DNA from: Tubiluchus corallicola
Taxonomy: Eukaryota > Animalia > Priapulida
Length of the DNA: 18,895 bases
Reading direction: 5' to 3'
NCBI GenBank assembly: GCA_030141605.1
Contig: JAQGDQ010001977.1
Coordinates: 1 to 18,895 of the forward strand
The notes below the pieces were generated by a model. It was not told the DNA's origin and made no database searches. It saw only the letters and a program-made list of their open reading frames with translations. This document shows, piece after piece, positions 1 to 9,333 of this stretch (its first letter is position 1; the number at the start of each line of letters is the position of its first letter). A program made the translations under genes and the position numbers.

Positions 1-230
1 AAATTATGATGTAACTGATGAACTTTGTGATTTTTCGTAAAATGGCCCTTTTAAAATGGGAGCACCTAAACGTGAACTGATCATGACTTCCAAGTAATTT
101 TACTAATTACATGAGACGCCTATCAGACTTTTATTACTAAATGCTAACATTTTTCGCAAACATTGACATCAGCCTATTTTCCCAGAAGACTTGCCCTTTC
201 CTTTAATTAAACTGAGGAAACAACTGTGCG

Positions 231-330
231 GGATCTAAAGGAAGCGGATGTATTGGCCACAGTGTGTGCCGACCTGCAAAGTTAAGCAGTGCCAGGTTTG
301 TTTGGCAAATGAGCAGGTGACTGTTGCATA
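231..330 (+). mobile_element. Probable 5S rRNA-derived SINE (SINE3-like) head, copy A
   Basis: Aligns by eye with the reverse complement of 10232-10330; both contain gcaaagttaa.ca.tgc, resembling the 5S internal control region (aagttaagca…). Confidence 0.5.
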
Positions 331-365
331 AACTTTGTTTTACCTGATTTTCAGCAGTGATAAGT

Positions 366-780
366 GAGATAGATAGATAATTTATTCATCTCCTTGAGTT
401 GTGCAGCACATTGTGAATCAAAACTAACAAAATTCAATTATAATGGAGAAAGGGTGGCGAAAAACCAAACGGTTCTCGAATCAGCCACCCTTCACATAGG
501 ACACCAAGAAATAATAATAATGGCGCTAACAGTGAACATTTTAATTAGATGATGTTAATGCAATGTGAGAAATTTGAAAAAATCTAGGTTGTAATAACTT
601 AAATAATTTTAATCACGATGAATTAGCATTTCTTCTGACTGCATATTTTGAAGTTCTCCTAAGAGCTGCTATTAATAATCGAGTTCTTTCTATTCTGTAG
701 AAGGCAAATGATTTTTGATAATAATGCCCACTGAGGCATTGTCATTAGGTCAAGTTTTGATGAGAAATGAGTGGTCATCA
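366..780 (-). mobile_element. Possible degenerate 3' end of an L2/CR1-type LINE
   Basis: On the minus strand it ends in aataaa + (tatc)n tail, preceded by an aagggtggc…gccaccctt stem-loop; the upstream frame is stop-interrupted. Left edge clear, right edge approximate. Confidence 0.35.
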
Positions 781-798
781 TTAGTTTCTTCTCCTCTT

Positions 799-975
799 TT
801 CCTTCTTCCTATCCCTAATCTTACTATTTTTTTCCATTCCATCATGTCTACTAACCTTAACCATTCTTTCATTCACTCATCCTTCCCTCCCTTCCTTCTT
901 CCTATCCCTAATCTTACTTTTTTTTTCCATTCCATCATGTCCACTAACCCTAACCATTCTTTCATTTACTCATTT
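799..975. repeat. Two-copy pyrimidine-rich direct repeat, period 93 bp
   Basis: ttccttcttcctatccctaatcttact…ccattctttcatt occurs twice (atccc at 811 and 904). Confidence 0.9.
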
Positions 976-989
976 CTGCCACCTTAACA

Positions 990-1151
990 AGCCAAGCTTT
1001 CAAGGTGTCATACAGCAACTCTTTTATTTGGTTAATTTGACTTCATCAACGTTTTTTTTACTTATACTGTTTCTTTTTGTTTCAATAATATTGTATGTTG
1101 ATGTATTGTATATGTATTGCTGGAGTGAAATAAATTGATTGATTGATTGAT
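990..1151 (+). mobile_element. Possible retroposon 3' tail ending aataaa(ttga)n
   Basis: T-rich run, then ggagtgaaataaattgattgattgattga, typical of L2/CR1-type LINE or SINE ends. Confidence 0.35.
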
Positions 1152-1185
1152 AAATTTATATTTAGTCATTACCTTTTGCATTTAG

Positions 1186-1264
1186 GGAACATCCACCAGA
1201 GGAGAATCCTCGACGCCGGAGAGGAAAGCGCCGCCATGGCTTGCGTCGATGTTCTATTTTGTAA
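1186..1264 (+). CDS. Terminal coding exon of a prenylated protein, probably a Ras-family small GTPase (M-Ras/R-Ras-like hypervariable tail)
   Basis: Acceptor ccttttgcatttag, then g + EHPPEENPRRRRGKRRHGLRRCSIL-TAA: polybasic run and CaaX box (CSIL) directly before the stop; GC-rich island in AT-rich DNA. Upstream exons are outside the window, so the identity is inferred. Confidence 0.75.
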
Positions 1265-1878
1265 CTTTTATCGTGCATTGGAGAAACATATTCATTACCA
1301 TTCCAAACTGTACGCGTTTTACAGTTTGATACAGGGATTTTATCGAAACGAAAATTTCGCTTTGATTTGCCGATAAATGTACTTTCAGTTTAGTTTTGTT
1401 TTCGTCGAAAATTATTAAGTTTTGCACTTGAAACTTTCGGTAATTTTCGATAAAATTTTTCTGAGATTTTAGTAGTATTTCTTGAGCTTACCCATTTTTC
1501 TCCTGATGTTGAAAATCGTGGAAAAATTTTGGCTAAAATAGTTCAAATAAAGCGTAAATACTGTGCAGTTTTTGTGCCATTTGTAGCATGCTTTTACGGC
1601 AATGCGTTTATTTCTGATGAAACTTTAAGGTCTCCAGGCGCAATCAACCAAAATATCAACCAAGTTTAATTTCATTTGAGAAATATGAGCAACAAAATAT
1701 TTACAAAATAAAATTTGTCTATTTCTGGATACCTTATCATCTTTAACCATAAACATTGTTCAACTTTTTCGGTTAAGATTTTTTGCCTAGCTACTTCGTC
1801 AAATTTGTATCAGAACAAATATAAGCAAACAAGCAAAAACAAAATATTTATTTCAATTTTTTCCCCGTTTTCATAGTA

Positions 1879-2204
1879 CAGTCAACCCTCGTTAAACCGG
1901 ACTAATTGGGGGAGGGGTCCAGTTTAGCCGATTGTCCGATTTATCCGATATGCCTATATATGGTCTATATTATACAGGAATAATCAGCTTAATAAGGCCT
2001 ATATACATTGCACTATATACTATACTGTATATTACTTTAAAATAGTTAACCTGTGAGGATAAAGAAATTATTGTACAGTTGGTAGGCCGTGTTGTGTTTA
2101 GCGCTCCGGCTTGGACGGAAATCGGTCAGTTTCCTTTACCATGGATGACGTCCGTCTTATCCGATATCCGGGCTAACGGGGTCCGGTTTAACGAGGGTCG
2201 ACTG
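1879..2204. mobile_element. Tc1/mariner (pogo/Tigger-like) MITE, 326 bp
   Basis: TIRs cagtcaaccctcgttaaaccggac / gtccggtttaacgagggtcgactg (23/24 match); TA on both flanks (1877-78, 2205-06). Confidence 0.92.
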
Positions 2205-3203
2205 TAGTTGGTTTTGCAACACTGATTTCATTTCGCTATTGGTTTCCCATGTTTCATAAATTTTGGTTTTGGTTTGTAATTTCAATTTTGGTAACATCCC
2301 TGGTCTGATATTGTATTGACGGTGAGGCGTCATCTTCACCACCTGATTGGCTGGATGGGTGAAATCTTTGGGAATCTCATAGAAAAACTGCTAGTGATTT
2401 TTACCAGTAGCAGTGTACAGTAAAATAGGTATATATTTATTGATGTTTGTACTGTTGTTGTATGTTGCTGTTGTTTATATTAGATAGTTAAAAATGTCAA
2501 TTAGTGTAGTCTACAATGGCGTAAAGTTATTTTTTGTGTGCTTGCAAACCGAAACCGTCATAAGTCGCCATAGTTAAAAGTACGTTATGATGCTTCAAAG
2601 TAGAATGCACCAAAATTTGTGTTTATAAAAACGAATATTGGACTTTTTTATTCCGGCGGATTATCAAGAAAATGTTCAAAAAGTACTAAAAATCTAATTT
2701 TAAAACCCCATACCCACTTTTCTGGCTAGAAACCAGTACCACAATTGTAAAAAGCTTGTTTTTTCAAACTCCGATTGCAGCCCGTAGAAGCAGCCATTTT
2801 GCTTCGGGTTTCTCCTCTTGCCAAGCCCAGATCTTCGTCATTACGGCCCTTCTACTGGATTTAAACATAACTTCAATGTGTTCTAGTAAAGTCCATAGCA
2901 ACCTCACATTTGTGCGGTTGTTAAGTGTTTTGTAGAAACCGGACAAAAAACAACGGCTAACTTTAATTTTCTCAAGGTTATGTATCTCAGTGCGTAGTGT
3001 GTACCTTAACTTCATAAAAGAAATATTTCTTTCACTTAAGTTAGGAGTAACATAGACTGATGAGCTTACTGTCAAAATGATCCCCATGAAATGAAGATTC
3101 AGGATATGTGAATAACTAGAAAATCTTAACTGACAACTTATCGATGATTTTGCTATGCAAGCACACATTTTCCGATACAGAACCTGAAACAGCAGAAACA
3201 TAA

Positions 3204-3275
3204 TGGTTGAGAATCAAATCTCATGGCTTCTTTGCAGCTGTGGCTTTGGTTGAGACTCAAATCTCATGGCTTCTT
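3204..3275. repeat. Short direct duplication, period 43 bp
   Basis: tggttgaga(a/c)tcaaatctcatggcttctt at 3204 and 3247. Confidence 0.85.
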
Positions 3276-3343
3276 GACTTTATTTTTGAGCAGCTTTTTT
3301 TGTTTCAGTAAAATCCGACGTTATACTGCTGAGCTTGTAAATT

Positions 3344-3444
3344 TTATTTAAAACAGAACATTCAGTTTAAACGTTGAAAAATTTTATGTGTCTGGGATTT
3401 GGGAATGGTTGAGCGATTAAACTAAAACGTCCTGTTTTAAATAA
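3344..3444. repeat. Imperfect inverted repeat (about 35-bp arms, 30-nt loop)
   Basis: ttatttaaaacagaacattcagtttaaacgttgaa (3344-3378) vs ttgagcgattaaactaaaacgtcctgttttaaataa (3409-3444); outer 13 bp perfect. Confidence 0.75.
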
Positions 3445-4694
3445 GTTTATTTTATTTATTTATTTATTTGTTTTTATTTAGCTGTTAAAACAAATCATGT
3501 GCAAGTAATGTTAATTTCTAAATCATAAATCAAGAAGGGATACTTGCTAGCTTATACGTGAGCAGACATTTTTTTGTCAACTATTTTTAATGTTTTAAGT
3601 TTAGCTTATTACCAAGAATTTCATAACTATTATGAAGCTGTCCTATTTGACCGTCACGTTGACCAGACAGTTTGGCGCTTATGTCGAACACGTTTTGACG
3701 TAATTGATATTTTACACATTAAACTTATTACCATTATAAAATCTTAGGAAGGAAAAGTTCCTGTCTCTGGAATTTTTTATTTGTACATTAATATGCATTG
3801 CAAGCAAAAGTTTAGCAATGTTAGACAACGCACTTAGCTGGGGGAAATAAATGAAGTTGACTAAGTGTTTTAAAATGGTGGTCGGCAGGTGGCTCTGTAC
3901 CCGAGTGCAGAAATAAGTTATCTTTTTTCCTCCGCAAGTCCAGGTTGGGTTTATTCATTCAGTAGAAGGTTTTAAAGTTCAACATCAGCGGATCTGTGCA
4001 CTCGTAGCTCAGGAGAGAAATTCTATTATAATTTTTCAAGATTTCGTAAATGTGACCTATTTTTGTGACCTCTTGTGTACCTAAATGTGAACATAGATTG
4101 TGTAAATTGCATTTAATTAGAGTCATTAAGAAATTTGCTTATGTGAAGCTTACTGTTTAACAGCAAAGCGTTCGTACGCTGTCTCTTGTGTAGTTTAAAA
4201 TGTTAAATAAATGAATTTGCAAAGCTGCATCTAATGATAAATGTGAAGTGAATTAAAATTTGTTTCAATGCTTGTTTTCATACGAATCATTAAATAACTG
4301 TTATAATTTTTAATGCAGTATGAAACAAGCTTTAGGCTATCCTTTCTGTAAAGGAATGTGTGCTGTTGTACACTAATCAATTTTGACAGATAACGACATT
4401 ATGATTGTTATAAAACTTCTTATAAATTATTAGTAATTAACTCATTTAAATTTAATGCCATGAAATTGCCATTTGTAATTAATTTTAATTGGAATCACTG
4501 CTATTTTATGCTAAGGCTTTTTAAGTCTGTGCTTAAAACTTAAAATGAAGATTACCCATATTGTGATGTTATTGTAAAATGTTGTCTGTTACTCTGTCTC
4601 TGCTGTAATCAATGTTTCTATAAAAGAAAATTGTACTGTAGAATAGTAGGATTATTTACGTCGCTGTTATAATGATGTCTAGTCATTAGTCTGA

Positions 4695-4700
4695 AATAAA
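4695..4700 (+). promoter_or_regulatory. Candidate distal polyadenylation signal of the plus-strand CaaX gene
   Basis: AATAAA followed by GT/T-rich sequence at the end of a long T-rich UTR-like region. Other AATAAA sites exist upstream, so this is uncertain. Confidence 0.3.
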
Positions 4701-5235
4701 AGTTCTGTGTTATGCATTTTAGAAAAGGCAGCTAATTGGTTTTTGTTACTGAAAGTCTCGTTTGTATTGAAGTAATGAATGGAGAAGCTTAATACCACGA
4801 CAGATATTGTGGCACCTCGTGTATAGGTACTGTGGAACTGCAACACCCCCTATTTTCACTCAGTAATATTCAAGATATATATATATAATTGTCAATAATA
4901 TTCAAGATAAATATTTTCCTTTGGTTCTTTCTTTATACATGTACGAAATCAGAGCACATGAGGGTAGTACTGTTTGCTTTACAGGCCAGCACAGTGCGCT
5001 CCAGCAATGCAGTGTTTTGGCTGTTGTGTGAATGCAGCCATGTGCACATGACTGAGTTCATTTAGAGAAAGTACTGTCGCTCACACAGTTTGTTGTCAGT
5101 CATCGTGAGCTTACCGTAAATGGCTCAAGCTTGAACTGCGACAATTTAGGCTATTTGGTAAACAAATTTTTTTTTTCTTTAGGATTTCGTCAAATTTATG
5201 TATAAACCTTTCTGCTTGTTTGTTTAAAATTACAA

Positions 5236-5337
5236 TTACAACATTAAAAATACATATGTATGTTTCGTTTTGCTCGTATTAAAAATGACTAAAAAATTTC
5301 TGAAGCAGCACCCCCACTAAGCTACGAGCCGCCATTG
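5236..5337. mobile_element. Dispersed repeat fragment, probable right end of a hAT-like MITE (copy A)
   Basis: Similar to 11556-11666 (ttacaacatt…tacatatgt…tttctgaagcagc…ctacgagc.gc.a.tg); ends in a CA(A/G)TGGCGGCTCG-type terminus on the minus strand. Confidence 0.65.
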
Positions 5338-5406
5338 GACAAGCTGCTGAGAAACTATAAATTTACTCCGTAAAAAAAACATAAAACAAAGAAATAATGT
5401 AATAAC

Positions 5407-5412
5407 TTTATT
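5407..5412 (-). promoter_or_regulatory. Probable PDIA4 polyadenylation signal (AATAAA)
   Basis: tttatt on + strand about 480 nt past the stop, followed on the minus strand by a T/GT-rich tract (tttctttgttttatgttttttt). Confidence 0.6.
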
Positions 5413-5888
5413 ATAAAAACGTTGCTGAACAATTCATTTGTTTTTAACTGAGTAAATGGCAATTAAAAATTAGCCGTACGCTGTCAGTAAATGCAATACC
5501 AAAAAATGAAAAGTTGCTGAGGAATATTAACAATTAGAAAAATGCATCACTACTAGTTTTTGCAGATAGCTAATAGCGGTTTCAATGTTTCAAAGCCAAT
5601 TTAATACTACACCTGCATACAAAGATAATTATTATATGCAAAATTATCAACACCCACAGCAGCACAATCACTTAAAAATCGAAATGTACAAAAAAACTCA
5701 CAAGGATAATAGCTTAAACGTAGCAACAAAATAAACATCAAATTGCTATTTACATCGATCTTAGTTTATCACAATCAAGAGTATTTAGATTTTTGAAAAT
5801 TTGAAATTTTCGGTAGGTAATAAATAACCGCAGACGTACGGATATCAAGAAATGGAGAAAATAATTTCAATTTAAAGAACTTTTAATT

Positions 5889-6298
5889 TTATAACTCGTC
5901 TTTCTTTTGCTGTAAGACAGTTGCCTGTTTTTGGACAAATTCCAACAGCCCATTCAGGTCTCTTTTTCCATCAAATAATACTGGAGTGTCTTTGTTGTTC
6001 GAAGGTGCAAAATAAATGGTTGGGAAACCGCTCACCGAGTACGTAGAAGGAACGTCATTTGCAGTAGCGTCGATTTTAGCTATGACGATATTTTCCTCGT
6101 TTTGAAATTTCTTTCCCAGTTTTTTGTAGTCTGGCGCGAGAGCTTTGCAGTGTCCGCACCAGGGGGCATAAAACTCGATCAACACATCTTTATTCTTGTC
6201 GTTTACGATCTTGTCGAATGTTTTACCGACTACGACCTTGACGGGGCCGTCGTTTGACTTTGGAACGGGTTGCGATTTTATATGAGGTTTAAGGTTAC
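5889..6298 (-). CDS. PDIA4: PDIA4 last coding exon: domain a' and KDEL
   Basis: (G)[27 protein letters not shown]…[11 protein letters not shown]…KKDEL*; acceptor tttttttcag; stop TAA at 5891-5889. Confidence 0.97.
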
Positions 6299-6484
6299 CT
6301 GAAAAAAAGTTATCCCAGCTCAACATGAGATTGTCAAACTCACAAATGACAGAAAAACTTGGGCTTTATCAGCAAATGAATTTATGAAAAGGTGTTATGC
6401 CAAAATATTTTGAACCCTTTAAGATTAAAAAGTACACTAAATTTAAACAATTTAAAAACTCTAATTTCCAACAATAGCACACAC

Positions 6485-7061
6485 CGTCATACTGCTTATA
6501 TCACTCACTTTGGGACTCCAGAAAATCTTGGGGTTATAGCTAAGAGTGAGCATCGAACGTTCGAGTTCGAACAAGTTTTTTTAGTTCGAACTCGATTCGA
6601 ATCCAAAACTATAGATTCGAATAATTCAACACTTCAATCACATATGTTCTTTATCACTAAAACGATTGAAACATCATGCAATTAGCATAATTTAGCTGTG
6701 ATTTCTGTGCACAACTTTAAACAAATTACTAGTCGTTTTATTGCAGAACAAAATCTAGTGATATGCATGATCTTTGTAAAACCAATTTTTACTGGTGGTT
6801 CGAAAACTTGTTCGAAAATCTTTCGATCTCAATTTAAATTCGAAACACTGAAGTTCGGTTCGATTCGAATTCGAAAGTCACAAATTCGGTTCGATTCGAA
6901 TTTGCTTTCTGGTAGAGAATGCTCAGCCCTAGTTATAGCAAGTTCGGCATTATAATGAGGGGTACCTTAATACACACGTGTTTATGCAAACATAGATAAA
7001 AATATGGATGTTAAGCTTGGTTCACATTATAAAGGAGTCGTTATAACGAGGTTTGACTCTA
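6485..7061. mobile_element. Old pogo/Tigger-like MITE interrupted by a hAT-like MITE
   Basis: Right end gtcgttataacgaggtttgactcta resembles the TIR type at 1879-2204; degenerate left end ccgtcatactgcttatatcac…tttgggac. Confidence 0.45.
6541..6931. mobile_element. hAT-like MITE with TTCGAA-rich subterminal repeats
   Basis: 8-bp TSD gttatagc (6533-6540, 6932-6939); imperfect TIR taagagtgagcat / atgctcagcccta; many ttcga(a) motifs near both ends. Confidence 0.85.
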
Positions 7062-7123
7062 TTAAAGGAACAATTTACTTGTGTTTGTTCAAGTCAATCT
7101 ACATAAGAGCTTAAAATTCTCAC

Positions 7124-7252
7124 CACTTTTAAACGCTTCGACAAACTCTCGCAGAACCTCTTCTTCAAAGTCGTCCTCGGGCTCAAGAGGGAACTTTTTG
7201 TTGTCTTTATCATAACAAGCTATGTTCACATCCTGTCCGCTGAAGTCAAGAC
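7124..7252 (-). CDS. PDIA4: PDIA4 exon: end of domain b'
   Basis: (G)LDFSGQDVNIACYDKDNKKFPLEPEDDFEEEVLREFVEAFKS(G); acceptor ttgatag, donor gtgaga. Confidence 0.92.
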
Positions 7253-7269
7253 CTATCAACGCAATATTC

Positions 7270-7664
7270 AGCAAGCCATTTCAGAGTTAGAGCGATTGAT
7301 GATGATCATGAAAAGGTCAAAGGTTAAGTGTACCGTACAATGCATGTGTGTGCACCTAACAATGCCTCGCAACCCATGTTATTGTAATAGTAACCGTTTT
7401 AACAGCTAGCTAGAACCTTACCAAGTTCATTTTTTCTTGTTTCCAAGCAAGATCCTGCTAGTAAATCACTCTATGCATGGAATAATGCATAATTAAGTAA
7501 AATCCACGTAAAACAACTGACGTTACTGAACTCGTGCCGCCAACAGCTTTGCTTTACACACGTGCCACGTGGCGGTTGTAGTTAGAACGCATTACTGTGG
7601 TACACTTAACCTTTGACCTACAGCAATTGCGCATGTGAGCAACGAAACTGTCAAAATGCTTATT
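7270..7664. mobile_element. MITE family copy 1 (possibly PIF/Harbinger-like)
   Basis: Collinear with 15243-16099; perfect internal 21-bp inverted repeat aggtcaaaggttaagtgtacc (7314-7334) / ggtacacttaacctttgacct (7599-7619). Superfamily uncertain. Confidence 0.8.
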
Positions 7665-7909
7665 ACAATCAAAACAAGAATTTGAGACAAAAACAGGTTT
7701 TGCTACTTTGGTAAAAGGAAAAACTCACGGCAACTAAAATTGATTTTTATGCAGACAATCAGCACAAAATGAACTAGCACTCAAACAAATAAATGTGCAA
7801 TGTAATTACTTTTAAGCAAAACATCATTTGGACACCATTAAATGTACTAATAGATGAATGATGCTTTAAAGTCATAGATATCACTGCAGTTTTTAACTGT
7901 CTCATAGTT

Positions 7910-8368
7910 CAGGGATGAGAATGACAAATTGCAAAAAACTCTGAAACAGGCCGGGGGTTTGGGGGCCGCGTAGGAGCCAGCAACAAATTGCAATTTTGTG
8001 ACTATAGAGAACCTCTAAGTGGACTTAAAAAATCAGTTACCTTGTTTCATGCATAATTTAAAATACTCAACTATCAAGGATACATGATACCTAATTGTCT
8101 CAAAAACGCCTAAGTACTGGCCGCTCCTATGGAAAAATATATAAAAACTGTCTGCAATTGACTCAAATAACTCTGCACAATTGATTCTATATTTTTATAG
8201 ATAGAGATATACACGTGGTTACACTGATGTACGTGATGTAAACAAAGTGACGGCCCGCCACCTAGTGGCCAGCTTGTGAAATAATGTACTGGGTCCGTAA
8301 AAATTTTCTCAATGAATTTACGCGATTTACAAAAATGGTCTTCCATCCGCGAAAAATTCTCATCCCTG
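7910..8368. mobile_element. hAT-like MITE, 459 bp, apparent 6-bp TSD
   Basis: Perfect 13-bp TIR cagggatgagaat / attctcatccctg; atagtt on both flanks (7904-7909, 8369-8374); second copy at 14335-14744. Confidence 0.9.
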
Positions 8369-8564
8369 ATAGTTACTCAAAATAAACAAGGCCAACATAA
8401 AGGGTTACAGACAGAAAGGATACGAATATAAATCCGAAAAAATGAACTTCATATAATATATTTCTAGCGATCAAACACCATCTATAGGGGAATTCCACAG
8501 ATAAAAGACACGAGAAAAAACTGGATTGATAAGCCGCTGCATTTCAAATGATAAACAAAGTTAC

Positions 8565-8672
8565 CAAATTCTTTCATTTCGTCTTTGTATTCATCTTCAT
8601 CTGCTATGGCAAACGTTACGTCTCTATGATCCTTTGCAACTTCAACAACTTTATTTCTCCAAAACTGAGTAT
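8565..8672 (-). CDS. PDIA4: PDIA4 exon: domain b'
   Basis: (D)TQFWRNKVVEVAKDHRDVTFAIADEDEYKDEMKEF(G); acceptor cttttag, donor gtaact. Confidence 0.93.
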
Positions 8673-8858
8673 CTAAAAGAACAACAATGAAAATGATGAC
8701 AACATTCTCTGACAATTCACAAATGTGCAATTCATCAGCAGTCATAACTAACTTATTATATCGAAATAATGATTATATAAAAAAGGCAATAACAAGTCTG
8801 TACATCTCACGGACAACTTTTTGTTCAATGCGTTTTTTTAATTCATAAATAAATTTAA

Positions 8859-9300
8859 CCCTTTCATTACGGAAAGCGACACACTGTTTTTCGTGCAAGG
8901 GACGCAAGGCGGTAAACTGTCACCCAAGCTCAGCACTAAGTGCAGTTACCCAGGTCTGTTTATTTCACTGCTGCGGCCACGAAAAAACATTGCCAGTGTA
9001 GAAAAATTTAATAGCCGTGGGATTGGGGTTGCTTTTCAACAAGTAGCGCTAACCAGCCAATCAGCGTTTGAAGCCAGGTGCATTCCACAATACTGTACTG
9101 TATGGTATGTTCCAATGCAAAATCACTTGTAGATCGTTGACAAAACGTGTTTAGTTGATTGTTCTGCATTCTTATCAAATGACTGGATATTATGGATGAG
9201 TATTGTGTCTTTTGTGAAAACTGGTTTCTAAATATAAGTACATACTCATTTATGACGGTGTGTACGTCGGTGGGTGCGCGAGTGCATGTACATGCGCTCA

Positions 9301-9333
<33 letters not shown>

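Noticed and set aside
1-206. Right end of a Kolobok-like element (…cctttaa)
   Set aside because: Partner terminus would be outside the window, so TIR and TSD cannot be verified.
715-987. 90-aa ORF
   Set aside because: Translation of the pyrimidine-rich 93-bp duplication.
1143-1376. 77-aa ORF as the product of this locus
   Set aside because: Crosses a splice acceptor; the frame ending in CSIL-stop is far more protein-like.
2764-3201. 145-aa minus-strand ORF
   Set aside because: No recognisable motif or convincing exon boundaries; lies in UTR-like DNA. A BLASTP hit would reopen it.
6392-6955. Two plus-strand ORFs (97 and 85 aa)
   Set aside because: Fall in the TTCGAA-rich MITE; no transposase motifs.
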